Of a stretch of 64,000 bases of DNA, positions 34,401-47,300 are shown piece by piece (position 1 is the stretch's first letter; every line of letters starts with the position of its first letter). The stretch covers positions 20,536,803 through 20,600,802 of the forward strand of contig OZ316895.1 in assembly GCA_973895155.1 (NCBI GenBank), written 5' to 3'. The stretch comes from Marsupella aquatica (Eukaryota; Plantae; Marchantiophyta). The notes beneath the pieces are model-generated. The model saw nothing but the letters and a program-made list of their open reading frames with translations. It was not told the origin of the DNA and ran no database searches. The position numbers and the translations under genes were made by a program.

Positions 34401-35674
34401 TGTTTGGTCTGCTGCTAGATCAGATGGATGTTGTCACAGCTTTCCTCTATGGCACATTGGAAGAGGTGATCTTCATGAGACAACCGCTAGGTTTTGTGAA
34501 GAGAGGACAGGAGGAATTGGTTTGTAGATTGCTGAAATCCTTGTATGGGTTGAAGCAGTCACCAATACAGTGGAACAAGCGATTTGACGATTGGATTCGG
34601 TCACAAGGTTTTCACAGAAGTGTATTTGACCCTTGTGTGTATTTGAAACCGGTGAAGAATGTTGTCTTTGGGTTCATTGTTTTAGTACTTTATGTGGATG
34701 ACATGCTTATTGCGGCCAATGATAGGTCTGAGATTGTTAAGCTTAAGGCACTGCTCAGTGCAGAGTTTAAGATGAAGGACCTAGGGCCAGCTAAGAGGAT
34801 TTTGGGTATGGAGATCACTAGGGACTTGGAGGCTAGTAAGTTATGGTTGACACAGAGCAGTTATGCGAGGAAGGTAATTGCTAGGTTCAACATGGGGGAT
34901 AGCAAGCCAGTAAGTACCCCTTTGGCTGCACACTTCAAATTATCATCATCTTTCTGTCCCACAGATGCGACAGAGAAGGGGTTGATGTCAAAGGTTCCTT
35001 ATGATAAGGCAGTGGGAAGTCTCATGTATTTGATGACTTGCACTAGACCTGATCTTGCCATGGCTATGGGCAAGGTGAGTAGGTACATATCAAATCCAGG
35101 GAAGGTACATTGGGAAGTAGTGAAATGGATTATCAGGTACTTGAAGGGTACCGTGGATCATGGTCTTTTATTTGATGCGAATGCAAAGAATGCTAGATCA
35201 TTGATTGGCTATGTAGATTCTGACTATGGACAAGATTTGGACCGAAGGAGATCAACAATAGGATACGTGTTCACACTTGGCGGTGGATGCATAAGTTGGA
35301 GGTCTACTTTGCAGAAGTGTATTGCTCAGTCTACTACAGAAGCGGAGTATGTTGCAGCTGCGGAAGCAGCAAAGGAAGCGATTTGGTTGGATAGACTTAT
35401 CACTGAAATGGAATTGCCACAGGGGAATGTGAAGCTCCATTGTGATAGTCAAAGTGCGCTCCACCTTGCTGTGAACCAGGTGATGGACAGCAGAGTGAAG
35501 CACATTGACGTTAGGTACCATTTTATCAGGCAGGGTGTGTCTGATAATTTGTTTGAGCTAGTCAAGATTGATGGTAAACTCAACCCGGCTGACGCATTTA
35601 CCAAAGTGATTCCTTTGGAGAGTTTCTCTAGACACCGTGACGTATTGCAGGTTTTGCAATTGCATCACAATTAG
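31427..35674 (+). pseudogene. Copia gag-pol with stops and frameshifts
   Basis: Motifs: FEVTKYDGRMDYLLW; CWKCGKTGHIKRDC; ILDCACSFH; LWHSRLGHMSEKG; IHSDVWGP; LRSDNGGEY; YKARLVAKGF; LYVDDMLI; GYVDSDY; KHIDVRYHFIR. Confidence 0.93.
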
Positions 35675-35864
35675 AGTTTTCTTAACATTCATTGTAATTA
35701 CTGATATATGCTCTTCCTCATTCCTATGTATAAGGCTACGGCTTAGTTCTGGTTTGCTCTAGTTAGAGAGGGAAACCGGTTTGGTTTTTATCCAGAACTT
35801 CCCGCTGAGGGATCATATACATTGGCAGTATTACTCTCCCCTAGACCAGAGTCAAGGGGAAGAT

Positions 35865-36286
35865 TGTTGGGTATTTACTCTTATGTCTAGGTTAGGTATG
35901 ACGTGGTTGGTACAACAACGTGGGTTGGTACAACAACGTGGGTTGGTACAACAACGTGGGTTGGTACAACTACATGGTTAGGTACAACTACGTGATTAGG
36001 TACAACAATGTGGTTAGGTTAACTAAGTTGCACACTATATCATGTAGAGGCACGTGTGCTTGGAGATGTAGAACCAAGGCTCATTGTTATGGAGCCACTT
36101 GAGAGATAGGGAGAGCTTACACTGTGGAGACTCGGTATAGCCGATAGGCTTAGAGTTCAGTAAAGCTCTCTTGTGTATTCCCGTGGACGTAGCCTCAAGG
36201 AGGTGAACCACGTATCTCTTGTGTCGACTACTTGCATGTTGGATATGTCATGTGCTTACCGTTACGATTATCGTCTATACTCAACA
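35865..36286 (+). repeat. 3' LTR (422 bp)
   Basis: Direct repeat of 30227-30665. Confidence 0.95.
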
Positions 36287-37077
36287 GATCAAGCAAATTC
36301 CTCCACATTAAACAGTAGTTCACGTTGTAGCTGGTTTTGTGATTGATGTTGATGTTAATTATGGTTGCCTTGGTAAGTTTGGCAATTGTTTCAAGTGTCA
36401 AGCTTTGACTTGTTTATTTTTGAATTTTTTTCTTTAGACTTGGAGATCCATCTGGGCTTCAGTTTCTAGATAACTGCCTCTAGAATAACATGGGGGTCCA
36501 CGGATTAATTACTAATAAAGGGCTACTATAGTTACCATAAGGCTTTCCAGTGAGAGTTGGATATGCTATTGTAGTTACCATAGGGCTAGCAAACCCCTCG
36601 TGAATTTTTCTTTGCATATCTATACATGGTTACGAGGCATTATGCCCGGGTGAGGCCAAAGAATCCCTTTGCCGGCAAGATCTCAGGATTCTCGAATTTG
36701 AATGAAAAATACAATAAGGTGCAAGTATTGTGATGTAAAAATGAAATGAATGATTAAAAAATACTGCTGGGCTTTAAGGTGGGTAGTTGATCCCCACTGG
36801 AAGGTAATGTCTTAATCCCCGTAAACTCACTCTGGGATTACATCCATTAGGGACTGGAAAAACAATGTTGTAATCTAGATATGGCCAAGGTCATAAACCT
36901 GCTTTATGACCAGTACCTAAGGAGTTATGGAGTTACGGGCTACCCAAAACCAAGTCCCTAAAAAGTTTCAGCCCATAACACTTCGTTTAGGGGAGAACTT
37001 TTACACACCCTATTACCCCGCACGTCAAAGTTCTCCCGTAACATTTTGGTTAAGGTTTTATTTTTTTAGACATACCA

Positions 37078-38070
37078 CCCTTATGGGGTATGTGTTTTGG
37101 TAACCCATAAGGGTTCTGTCCTGGGAGTAAGTGCATTTTATGTGACTCAGGTACAACAATGATTTGACACCCTTATTGTTGGGATAATCCTTATCTCGAG
37201 ACACCATGCACATGTGAACACCATACAAAATAGTCGACACAGCGAGTACGTGGTTCATTTCACAACTGAGGCTACGTCCACGGGAAAGCAAGTGACCTTT
37301 ATTTCTCTCTTGCTCAACTCCAACAATAAACTGAAGATTCTCCAGAGACTGACATCAGCCCTGGTTATATATAACATGCATCACTGTTAACCTAAACTAA
37401 GTCCTAGTTTTAGTTAGTCTAATTGTAGTTAACCCTAGAATCACAAACCTAAGAACAATACTCAACATTTATGGGGTATGTGTTTTGGTAATCCATAAAG
37501 GTTTTGACATGTGAGTAAGTGAATTTTATGTGACTCAGATACAACGCTGATTTGACACTCCCTATTGCCCCCTCTTGGTGGGGATGGTTTACTCTGTAAG
37601 GGTTAGAGATACTCTCACGCGCCATCAGTGATTTGAATCTCCCCGGTGAAGTGAAGCCAGTCAACCCATCACTCCGGCCCCTACATCTTCTGTGACAGAA
37701 CGGAGGATTTCGCCCCAGGTCCTTTCCACTCAACACTTCCTTCGTGCACTTGTGAATCATCACCACCATTTCTGCATTGCAATTCTGCATGACTGTGTCC
37801 ATCCAGCTAGAAAGAGCTGTCTGCTGAAGAGTTGTAGTGTGGCATTGCGGGATCGAAGAGAGAGTTCTGCTGTTATTCTCGCATTATAATTAATTTTGTG
37901 GATCGGTCCAATCCTTTTCCCATTCCGAATGAATACTTTTTTTGGTGGGACTTGTGATTCGTCATCGTCATTTTTCACTGCAATTCTGCATGACTGTGTC
38001 CATCCAGGGCAGAAAGAACTGTCTACTGAAGAGTTTTAGTGCGGCATTGCGGATCGAAGACAGAGTTCCT
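37078..38070. repeat. Two diverged ~95-110 bp duplications upstream of the ankyrin-TPR gene
   Basis: 37078-37170 resembles 37465-37560 (tatggggtatgtgttttggtaa...gatttgacac). 37760-37870 resembles 37962-38070 (tgcaattctgcatgactgtgtccatccag...gatcgaaga). Confidence 0.75.
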
Positions 38071-38355
38071 CTGGTTTTGTTAGGTAATAATCGATTCTGT
38101 CAGTCGTTCGATTTGGGGAACGCTTTTGATGAGTCATTCTGACTTCGAAATACTTCTCATGAAGTGTGATTGGTGATGAGGATGATGACGATCCTGATGA
38201 TGCCGTGGAGTGCGTTAGAAATCCCGTCCTGCTTCGATCCAGTAGTAGACATTGATGACTGACTTGGCCCATAGACAGGAAGGTCCTGGACTGAAGGAAG
38301 GAAGAAAGGAAGGAAGGAAGGGTTTGGGAAGAAGAGAGAGCAGATAGCTTGTTCG

Positions 38356-39741
38356 ATGGGCACTCTGAAGACAGCGGACACCGCCGGCGCTGTCGCTGCT
38401 CGAGATCAGGTGGGAAAGGTGCTGAAGGCTGCGCACGATGGAAATCTGAGCACCTTCAAAGACGCGGCGAAGGAGCTTGCTGCAGGGCATCATGAAGACA
38501 TTGAAAGCACTCTGGCGGACGTGAAGGATGGGAACAATCGCGGACCGCTTTGCTTTGCTGCACGAGGGGGGAAGACGGAGATCTGCCAGTATCTCGTGGA
38601 GGAATTGCACTTACCGGTGGACCCAATTGACAAGGAGGGAGAAACTCCTCTCATCCATGCTGCTCGATTAGGGTTTGTCTCGACCGCTGAGTACCTGCTT
38701 GATCAGGGGGCGGATCCTCATGCCACTGCTCAGGATGTGGCTACGTCGGCGATACACCACGCTGCGGGAATGGGGTCGCTGGAGCTGATCAAACGGTTGC
38801 TGGACAAGGGGGTGAGTGTCGATGCGGGTAGCAGCTCGGGAACACCTTTGATATGGGCCGCAGGGCATGGGCGGACGGAAGCCATAAAGCTTTTGCTGGA
38901 GCGGGGGGCTAACCCTAATGCAACCACGGAGGATGACGTGACAGCACTTCTAACAGCAGCCGCTGCAAAATTTCCGGAAATTGTGGAGCTTCTGGTAAAG
39001 AATGGAGCAGATGTTACTTCCGTTGCAGGTGGAGTGACTGCACTCCATGTCGCAGCAGAGCAAGGGGACGAGGAGATGGTCAAATGTCTAATTGGGGCTG
39101 GCGCAAACTGTAATGTCACTGATGAGGATGATTCCACTCCCATTCAGGCTGCTGCCATCAGTGGGCACCGGAACGTTGTAGAGCTTTTGCTGCCTTTGAC
39201 CGCGCCACTGAAATCCATTCCTGATTGGACTGTGGATGGGCTGATGTCCTATGGAGAGCAATTGATTGCGGAGGAGGATGCAGCATACAAGCGTGAAGCA
39301 GAGCGAAAACCAAAGGATGTTATTGAAAAGCCGCAGTTGGTGGAGGTGTCTCCTGAGAGAAAGAAAGCGGCCCTGGAAGCTAAGGCGAGAGGAACTTCAG
39401 CCTTCAAAAAGGGCAATTTTATGGATGCAATTGATGACTATACACAGGCAAATGAATTGGATCCGAGCAGTCCTGAAATTCTATCCAATCGGAGCTTGTG
39501 CTGGATCCGATTAGGGCAGGCTGAACAGGCTCTTGTCGATGCTCAAGCAGCTCGCACGCTGAACCCTGGCTGGTCGAAGGCTTACTATCGTGAAGGGTCT
39601 GCTTTGCGCTTGTTGCAGAGGTTTGATGAGGCTGCCGATGCATTTTATTCCGGAGTGAAGATTGATCCAGAGAATCAAGATCTCATCAATGCCTTCAAGG
39701 AGGCTGTTGAAGCTGGCAAGAAGTTTCATGCGACAGCCTGA
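38356..39741 (+). CDS. TPR10: Ankyrin-repeat + C-terminal TPR protein (ANK-TPR, Arabidopsis TPR10/At3g04710-like), 461 aa, single exon
   Basis: About 7 ANK repeats (GETPLIHAAR, GTPLIWAAGHG, GVTALHVAAE), then the family linker PDWTVDGLM, then three TPRs (AKARGTSAFKKGNF, ILSNRSLCWIRLG, WSKAYYREGSAL). Confidence 0.92.
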   Translation: MGTLKTADTAGAVAARDQVGKVLKAAHDGNLSTFKDAAKELAAGHHEDIESTLADVKDGNNRGPLCFAARGGKTEICQYLVEELHLPVDPIDKEGETPLIHAARLGFVSTAEYLLDQGADPHATAQDVATSAIHHAAGMGSLELIKRLLDKGVSVDAGSSSGTPLIWAAGHGRTEAIKLLLERGANPNATTEDDVTALLTAAAAKFPEIVELLVKNGADVTSVAGGVTALHVAAEQGDEEMVKCLIGAGANCNVTDEDDSTPIQAAAISGHRNVVELLLPLTAPLKSIPDWTVDGLMSYGEQLIAEEDAAYKREAERKPKDVIEKPQLVEVSPERKKAALEAKARGTSAFKKGNFMDAIDDYTQANELDPSSPEILSNRSLCWIRLGQAEQALVDAQAARTLNPGWSKAYYREGSALRLLQRFDEAADAFYSGVKIDPENQDLINAFKEAVEAGKKFHATA

Positions 39742-42187
39742 TGCAGTCACGACGATGATGCAACCGATTGACAAAGCACAAACCTGTCTCTTGTATGTAA
39801 TTATTTCCAATCACAATTGAACAGGGTATTTGCATGGATCTCCAATTTGCGGCTTGATGCAATATCACAGGCTGGTTTTAGTAAAACAGAACAACAGTGT
39901 CCACTCCCCTGACGGCTGGTAATATAGTGCAAAATCCCAGTGCAAAATCTCAAACTGAAAGTTCTTGATGAGTTTGGACACAACCTTGTTCTAGACCCAA
40001 CGAGAGCTGAGTGACAGTTCCTTACTGAATGCCCTTAGTTTAGTGCAGACTCTTGCGTGCGTAAAGGCTGGTAATGTCGTGCATGTTTTCAGTACGCCTC
40101 GAAAGCCGGAAGTTTTTTCCTAGTTTGATGGCTTGGACACAACAATGTGCGAAACCCGAATGAGCTTGGTGATGGTCTCTCGTAGCTCCTGAAGGCTCGT
40201 GATAGTTCAGAATCGTAGGGCCTGTATTGCAGAACTCAACCTGGATAGTGTCCATGAAATTTATTGCTTGGATAAAGACATTCTCCAAAACTAGGGAGCC
40301 GGAAGTTGTTACTGCCCCGGAAGAGTATGTTTTATTGCATAGAATTCTCGATGAAACAGCCTAGCAGGGTTTTTTCATGAGACATGGAGGAGATTTCCAT
40401 AGAGGATGAGAGATCCTTTCAATGGTTTTACTGGCTTGCGTGGTAGCCAGAAGAGTTTTTTTTCAGTGTTCTCACTGAACCCAATTTTGTAAGATTAACA
40501 TCGGTAATGACCCTTTCTGGGGTTTGCTGGGTTTGCTTGAAGCCATTTATGTTTGCAGTGTTTTTCTCTGACAATACTGGAGGGTTGTTTGCTTTGGCCC
40601 TTATGGGATCTGAGTGGCATTCTCAAAGGTTCATCTGGGTTGCGTTAATACATATTGCCTTCAGACATCCGGGAAGATATGTCTCGGTTCGAATTGAAGG
40701 TACTTCGAGGGATTTTTTGCAGGCTTTTATAAAGCTGAGTTTGAATGCCATGAGTCTCCTCAAAGCTGCAGGTTTCAGATATTTATATCTTCTCCTTCCA
40801 AACATTGTTTTTGTTCGCACATGGAGACGTTGTTTTTCTTCTCAATATCGAGCCCTATGCATTGGAAAGCTGTATAGGATACAGATGTCTGTTCTCCCTC
40901 CAATCACTGTTTTTCATCTCACTATGCAGACATTATTTTTCCTCAAAAGCGAGTCCTGTGCATTGGAAAAGACATGAAATAACACATAATTTTATCTTGT
41001 GCTTCCACACTTCGTTTTTTCTTTTCCCTGTAGAGACACTATTGTCGCGCTTCCAGCCCTTGAACTCGAAAATACATACAATAACTCGGCTTTGGACACG
41101 AACCTTAACAATCTGAAGTTTCCAAATGTAAATCGAATGCTCCTTGCAGCATGAGTGTTTTGTTTTTTGTTACTTCCCCACCACCACTGTCCATATAAAA
41201 GGAGAAGTGTCCAAAACTTCTCACTTTTTCACATTTCTCTCCTCTAGGGTGAGACCTTGCTCCACAATTTTAAGAAAAAGTAACTAAAAATGGTAAAACC
41301 TGATGTATCCAGGTTTTGACATGGGCAGTGGCGCTTTAAGAGGTTCCACCCTTCTCTACTCATCATTCACTACATAACAAACCTCAGGGCATAAGTTTGA
41401 AGAGCCAGACTTAGTCCCGTACTTTCCAATGAAAAGGACTTGAAGAAAGGAAATTCTCAATTCCTTTTCTATTCTTTCCAATGTAAAGGAAATGGAGAGT
41501 AGGGACTGATTGAATAGGGAGTTCGGGACCGCTCCCTTACTTAGAAGTTAACAGCCGAATGGTGAGTAGAAGAAACTAGAAATACTGGTAAGGACTTTGC
41601 CTGCGTAGACAGGCGTGGAACTGCATTGGATTGGCTGAATTGCTCTCGGAGGCTGATAAGGACGGGTGTGTGGTGAGACACACAGTGCGATTGTAGAAGC
41701 TTGGCACTGGGGAGACTGCTGCACCCCGTGGCTGAACGCTCATTGAAGCTTCAAAGTAGAGTACGAGCAGCTTAAATACAGAGCATTGGTCCGATCGTTT
41801 ACCACTCTCTACGACAGGTGCCGGAACCCTGCCTTAATTCAGCGGCGCTGCAAGGGTGAGGACAACAGAGGTGACTCCAGCGGCTGTATCTGCGGCTGCA
41901 GGATCGGATTCATCAGCTCGATTTGAGTCAAGAGAGAGTGGTGTTGAGGAGGACTTGTAGCAGACAGCAATCTTGACTCTTTCACACTCTGAGTTGAGTA
42001 CCTTGCTGCCTTAACCCCTTCATTCTCGTTAACATTATCTTATCATATTCTCGAATTGCGCCGAGTGGGATTTCGGGTGAGGAGGACCTAGGGCAGACAG
42101 CAATATCAACTCTCACATCTCCTGAGCTGAATTCCTTGCTGCATTATCCCCCTCATTAGCGACAGCATTGACTCGAGTGAGCGTATA

Positions 42188-44296
42188 ATGGAAGTAGACA
42201 GCACCGGAGGGCGGAGTGGAGTGAACCCTACGAGAGGTTATGGGGACGGAGGTACTCAACCATGGCAAGATCAGGGGCGGGCGTTCTATAGAGCTGAGCA
42301 ATTCAGCAGGCAGGATTCACGTAGCTCTCCATTCCGCGGGCGGGGGCGAGGTCCGTTCTCGGAGATGCATAGGCGCGCACCATTTGCTGCACAGCGCCCT
42401 TTTGACCTTTTTGAGAGCCCGGCACGACAACGGAACTTTAATTCTGAGAGATCTGGGCCACAAGGGCATCTCGCAGATGGGGGGTACAGGCAGGAGGATA
42501 GGAGGGATCAGCCAAAAGCAACCGACGATGGCCGACGGAATGTCAAAACGGCCTCTGAACCGCAGCTGGATCCGGCTGTGCAAGCCCATCACACTGAAGC
42601 AGCTGAGACAACTCCGTAGGAGATCAATGGGCTTGGGAAGAATGCTCCCTCAGGGACGGGATTGGAATCGGAAACTGTGACTGAAGAATGCATCAATATT
42701 CTCAAAGAGATCGGGGAAGGGTCCGAGGGCGACTGGAACCAGAAACTCTTCACCACGGTCGAATGGACAATAGAGGAAGCAGCAAGTAATGTTTGCCAGC
42801 TATACAACTGTGCTATGATTTGCTATTTCATAGATAGGACCCCGATGCTACAGATCTTTCATGCATGGATAGAAGAGAATATGGTATATGGCAGAAATTG
42901 GCCTATCTTGCAGGTGAAATTTGTGGGCAAGAATTTTTACCTGGTGGTATTTGAAAATGCGGATCATAGAGACTTAGCACTGTCAGTGGCTCCGTGGTTT
43001 ATGGATCGAAGACTGGTGTTCACATTCCCCTGGGACCCGGCTTTCGATATTAGAACTGAAAAATACACCAAACTTCCAGTGTGGATCGAACTACCATTCA
43101 GGGCCTTGGTGCTTGAGGGATGCAGAATCAAGATTGCTGAATCATTGGGGAAATTATTGCATTACATACAGGGAGATGAGTATAGCTCTTTTCCGCATGA
43201 CTGAGCCTGCATATTATGGGACACGGAGTGGGAAGTCCCCTTTAGTGCTCGAGTCAAGATTCGAGAGGATATAAGTATCTGGCAGCCAATCCGGTTCAAG
43301 AACATCCCGTTCCATTGCTTCAAGTGCAATAAGAAAGGACATTTAGCCAGGGAATGCAGGGAGGGGCTGGAACCGAATGCTACGGAGGTGGAACACACTG
43401 TGAGGGAGAACGCAGCTCACAAGGTGGGAGAAAAGGAGGTTGATGGCACGGAGGGTGAGGACGCAGTTCACACCCCGGATGAAAGAGATACAGAAGCAGA
43501 GGGAGATCCTGAGGAGGTGTTGCGAAATCAGCTGGCTATGAATCTTCAGGCCAGAAGTAGGGGCAATTTGGTGCCCCTCGATGCTGGGCCTTCAGTTGCT
43601 GCAGATATCACAACAGTTGAACTGTTACTGGAACACAGTAAAGAAGGCATAGGCCGGACTTCCGTGCTGGAAACGGCTCCCCAGCGGGAATTATTAGTGA
43701 ACAAGGGACCCCGGGCGGACGCAACACTGCTCCCTCGGGGCCTGGAGAAATCACCACATTCTCCTACATTGCCAGCAAATAACGTATTGGCTGTTGAGGC
43801 GACCATCTTTGTTCCTGCAGGACTTGCAAATACGGCTGAGACCTCATTGGGGATAATGAATCCCTCAGCGAAAGATGCGGATCCTGGGACCTTTTCCTAC
43901 CATGGTGACTCGGAAGCAGATCTGGACATGTCTGAGTACGAAGAATATGTCTCTGGCACTGGGAAGGAAAGAGCCCACAAACTTGAGAGCCGAACACCAC
44001 CTCCTGCCAAGAGGGACAGGAGTAAGCAAGACGCCAAGAAGCAACGCTCTATCCATTTCTCACCTGCATTTGTGTCCACCGTAGGTGATGTTGAGAACCA
44101 GGATGGGAGCAAAAACAGAGAGGAGCGGGAGCAAGAAATGCGAAGGCACACCACGTTTGAGGGGGCCCTCCCGATAGTGGAGGTGAAAGATACATGGATG
44201 GAGGAGGCGTCTGGGGATACACCCCGGAGACGAAAGGGAGATCAGGCTAGCCGGGAGGGACACAGTTTCTCTCCGGGAGGACGTGCACGTATCTAG
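42188..44296 (+). pseudogene. LINE ORF1 (DUF4283/RRM-like region plus zinc knuckle)
   Basis: ORFs 42188, 42662 and 43388 share one frame, broken by TAG (42617) and TGA (43202). Motifs: GKNFYLVVF, APWFMDRRLVFTFPWDP, LPVWIELP, CFKCNKKGHLAREC. Confidence 0.88.
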
Positions 44297-44340
44297 GGAA
44301 ACAGGATGTACATCCTTATGGTTGGGGTGCATACAACTCT

Positions 44341-47300
44341 ATGAGAACTTTACGCATTGCATCGTGGAACGTTTGTGGCTTGTGTGAGCCCAATAGGAAA
44401 ACAGTTGTAAAGCAATGGATTGAAGAATGCAGAGAGAAGATCGATATCCTTGCTCTACAAGAAATTAAGGCAGACCAACTCAAGCTTGACATTGCTCTGA
44501 GAGCAATACTGCCATCATACCAACACTTGACATCTGTACTGGAGGAGGGCCGGGGGGGCTATGCTCTGCTGCTACATCCAGACCTGAAGATTGTGGCTCA
44601 GGGTGTAGTTGATGGGGGAAGAGCAGTGTGGGCACGGATTGAGGTAGACAGAAACTCTTTTGGTATAGTGAGCATATATGCACCGAATTCCCCTCGACGG
44701 AGGGCATGCTTATGGCATGAACTGAAGACACTCCTCCCCCAGGGGAACTGGATTCTTGGGGGTGACTTTAACATGACGGAACTTAGAGAAGATTCCACTG
44801 GAATTTCCCCTCTGATTGGGTCGGGAAGCAGAATTCTGGCGTTTTTTGAAAGTAAGACTGGACTTGGTGGATGCTATAAGGATTAGGGGGGAGGCCAGTG
44901 GTGCCCCTTTCACCTGGCGAAGGCTCAGAAACACGACAATAGTACAGTCTAGACTAGATAGATTTTATTTCAGTGATCAAGGAGAATGGTTGGAGGAATT
45001 AATGGAATTGAATCACGACGGGGGATCGGCACTTTCTGACCACGACCCGGTGGTGATTAAAATTGGACTGGGAACGAGAACAAACTACTCGATCCCCCTT
45101 AGGAGGTCCGGGTGGTTCAAAGCCAACCCTGCGGTGGTAAGAAATCAGGAAAATTTAACTGCACTTGAAGGAGCATGGAATGCAGGGAAGGGAGGTTGCT
45201 TGGAGCCGCTGCTGGCTTTTGATCGAGCAAGCAGTAGCATGAGACAGATGTACAGGAGTAAACAGAGCTCCCCAATAGAACGAGCAGAAGAAATGAGGAG
45301 GTTAAGGAATAAGCTACATGAATGCAAGGAGACTTTACTGGATGCACATTCAGAGGATGATCTGAGAGAGTATGTCAATGCAGAAGATCTTTTGCATGTT
45401 GCTGAACTAGAAGAAGCACATATAGGAAGACGTCTTGCCCGGATCAAATGGTTGGGCGAAGGGGATGAGCCCACTCGCTTCTATTTTGCTACAGTGAAAG
45501 CTAAGAGAAGTAGGGAGGCCATGAGGACTCTAGTAACCGAGGGAGGAGGTGAGATTATTGATCAGGCGGCTATTCTGCAGGAAGTGGTACGACACTGGAA
45601 GGAACTGTATGCTCCTCCTCCCCTCACTGCGGAGGAGCACCGTGAGAGGCTGCGGGCAAGGAGCACCCTCCTTGCCCACACTAGACATACAATAACAATT
45701 GCAGACTTGAACAGGATGGAAGCGCTGCCCAATAGTGAGGAAATCAAGCAAACTCTCTGGATGTTGCCGAAAGATAAGGCCCCAGGTCCGGATGGAATGA
45801 CTGCTGAGGTCTATAGAGCTTGTTGGGATTTTATAGGAGTGGACCTCATTGCCATGATACATGTTTTTTGGCTGACAGGCAAGCTAGCAGTGGGAGTGAA
45901 AGACGGGATTATCAAATTTATTCCAAAGAAGCCAGACAAACGCTTCTTGAAGGATTGGAGGCCGCTGACTATGCTGAATACCATTTACAAGCTCATCGCC
46001 AAGATCCTGGCCAACAGATTGAAGATTGTTTTAGCGAAGCTCATAAATGTACAGCAGACAGGGTTCATCCCTGGCAGGAACATTTTGGAGAATATCTTGC
46101 TTGCCTGGCTAACGTTCGATTGGGTTAAGAACAGGAAAAGGGAATCCCTGTTTCTTAAGCTTGACTTTGAAAAAGCATTTGACAGAGTAGACCATGGGTA
46201 CATATGGGAATCGATGCATCTGCTCGGGATTGGCAGCAACTTTATCATGTTGGTACAGGCACTATTAAGAGACTCATCTTCGTGAATCCAAATTAACGGT
46301 TTGATGTCAGAATCTGTGGGAGTGGAGCGGGGCGTTCGACAGGGCTGCCCATTTTCACCCTTATTGTTCGTTATCTCCACTCAACCTCTCATGGATCTCA
46401 TGGACGCTGAGCTTGAGGCTGGAAGACTACTGAGGATAACAATTTCGGATGAGCTAACAATTTGTTATAGGCTTTTTGCAGATGACATGGGAATGTTTAT
46501 CCCTGCCACACTGAGGAGCTTTGAAATGGCCACATCGGTCTTGCATTGCTATGAAACTGCAACTGGAGCAAGACTCAATTTACGGAAATCCATTGTTATC
46601 CCACTGGCAATGAATACGATTTCGAGGTGGCTGTTGAATACATGCTGTGTGATTAGCCACAAAGGAGAGCTACACAGTATCTTGGTGCCCCCTTGGGGGT
46701 GGACTTGAAGACGGATCAATTGCATCGATTTGTTCTTGACAAAATAGGCAGCCGTTTATCCTCTTGGGCGAATAAATTGCTGTCCTTCTCAGGTCGCACA
46801 CTCCTGGTTAGACACATTTTACAGGCTATCCCCATTTACCACTCCATGTTTCTAAGAGCATCTGAGGGACTTGCAAAGAAAATGATAGCGCTCTGTCGGG
46901 ACTTTATGTGGGGATACAATCTGGCGGGGGGCAAGAGGATCCCGCTTGTCTCTTGGGCCAGAATGGCCAGACCTAGGCTGTTGGGGGGTCTCGGGCTAAA
47001 GGAATTTTGCAGCCACTCCGATGCTTTATTATCCAAATGGTTCACTGGAGCTATGGACAGCCCTGATACTGAATGGGCCTGTCTCTTTGCAGAAAATTTG
47101 AAACTCGTGGGTTGGATGAACTATAAGTGGATACGTAGGAATAAGTACTCATTTCAGGACAAGATGTTATTATGTAGCCCTCGGTCCTTTAATGGACTTT
47201 CATATACTGGAGGCTTGTGGAAAGCGTGGGCGTAGCTTCGCTCCCACCTGATCTTTGCTCCCACTGATACGATGCCTAGCAGGTGGAACACCATGGACAC

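Larger units (their letters stand above)
30227..36286 (+). mobile_element. Ty1/Copia LTR retrotransposon (Tork/Tnt1-like), full-length, disrupted
   Basis: LTRs 30227-30665 and 35865-36286 with TG...CA ends and GATCA TSD. PBS TGGTATCAGAGC (tRNA-iMet) at 30668; PPT AAGGGGAAGA at 35854. Confidence 0.96.
30060..36303. mobile_element. Mutator-like MITE (~180 bp) split by a Copia insertion
   Basis: Left end aagggatatgcttactagaccccc versus the reverse complement of the reconstituted right end gaggaatttgcttgatcgaccccc. Flanking duplication CACATTAAAC(A) at 30050-30059 and 36304-36313 is a 10-11-bp TSD. Confidence 0.8.

Noticed and set aside
29189-36502. Larger DNA transposon bounded by ggacccccat / atgggggtcc
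   Set aside because: Only a 10-bp inverted match and no clear TSD; plausible but unsupported.
40507-41116. 156-aa and 103-aa ORFs downstream of ANK-TPR
   Set aside because: Composition of random T-rich sequence with no motifs.
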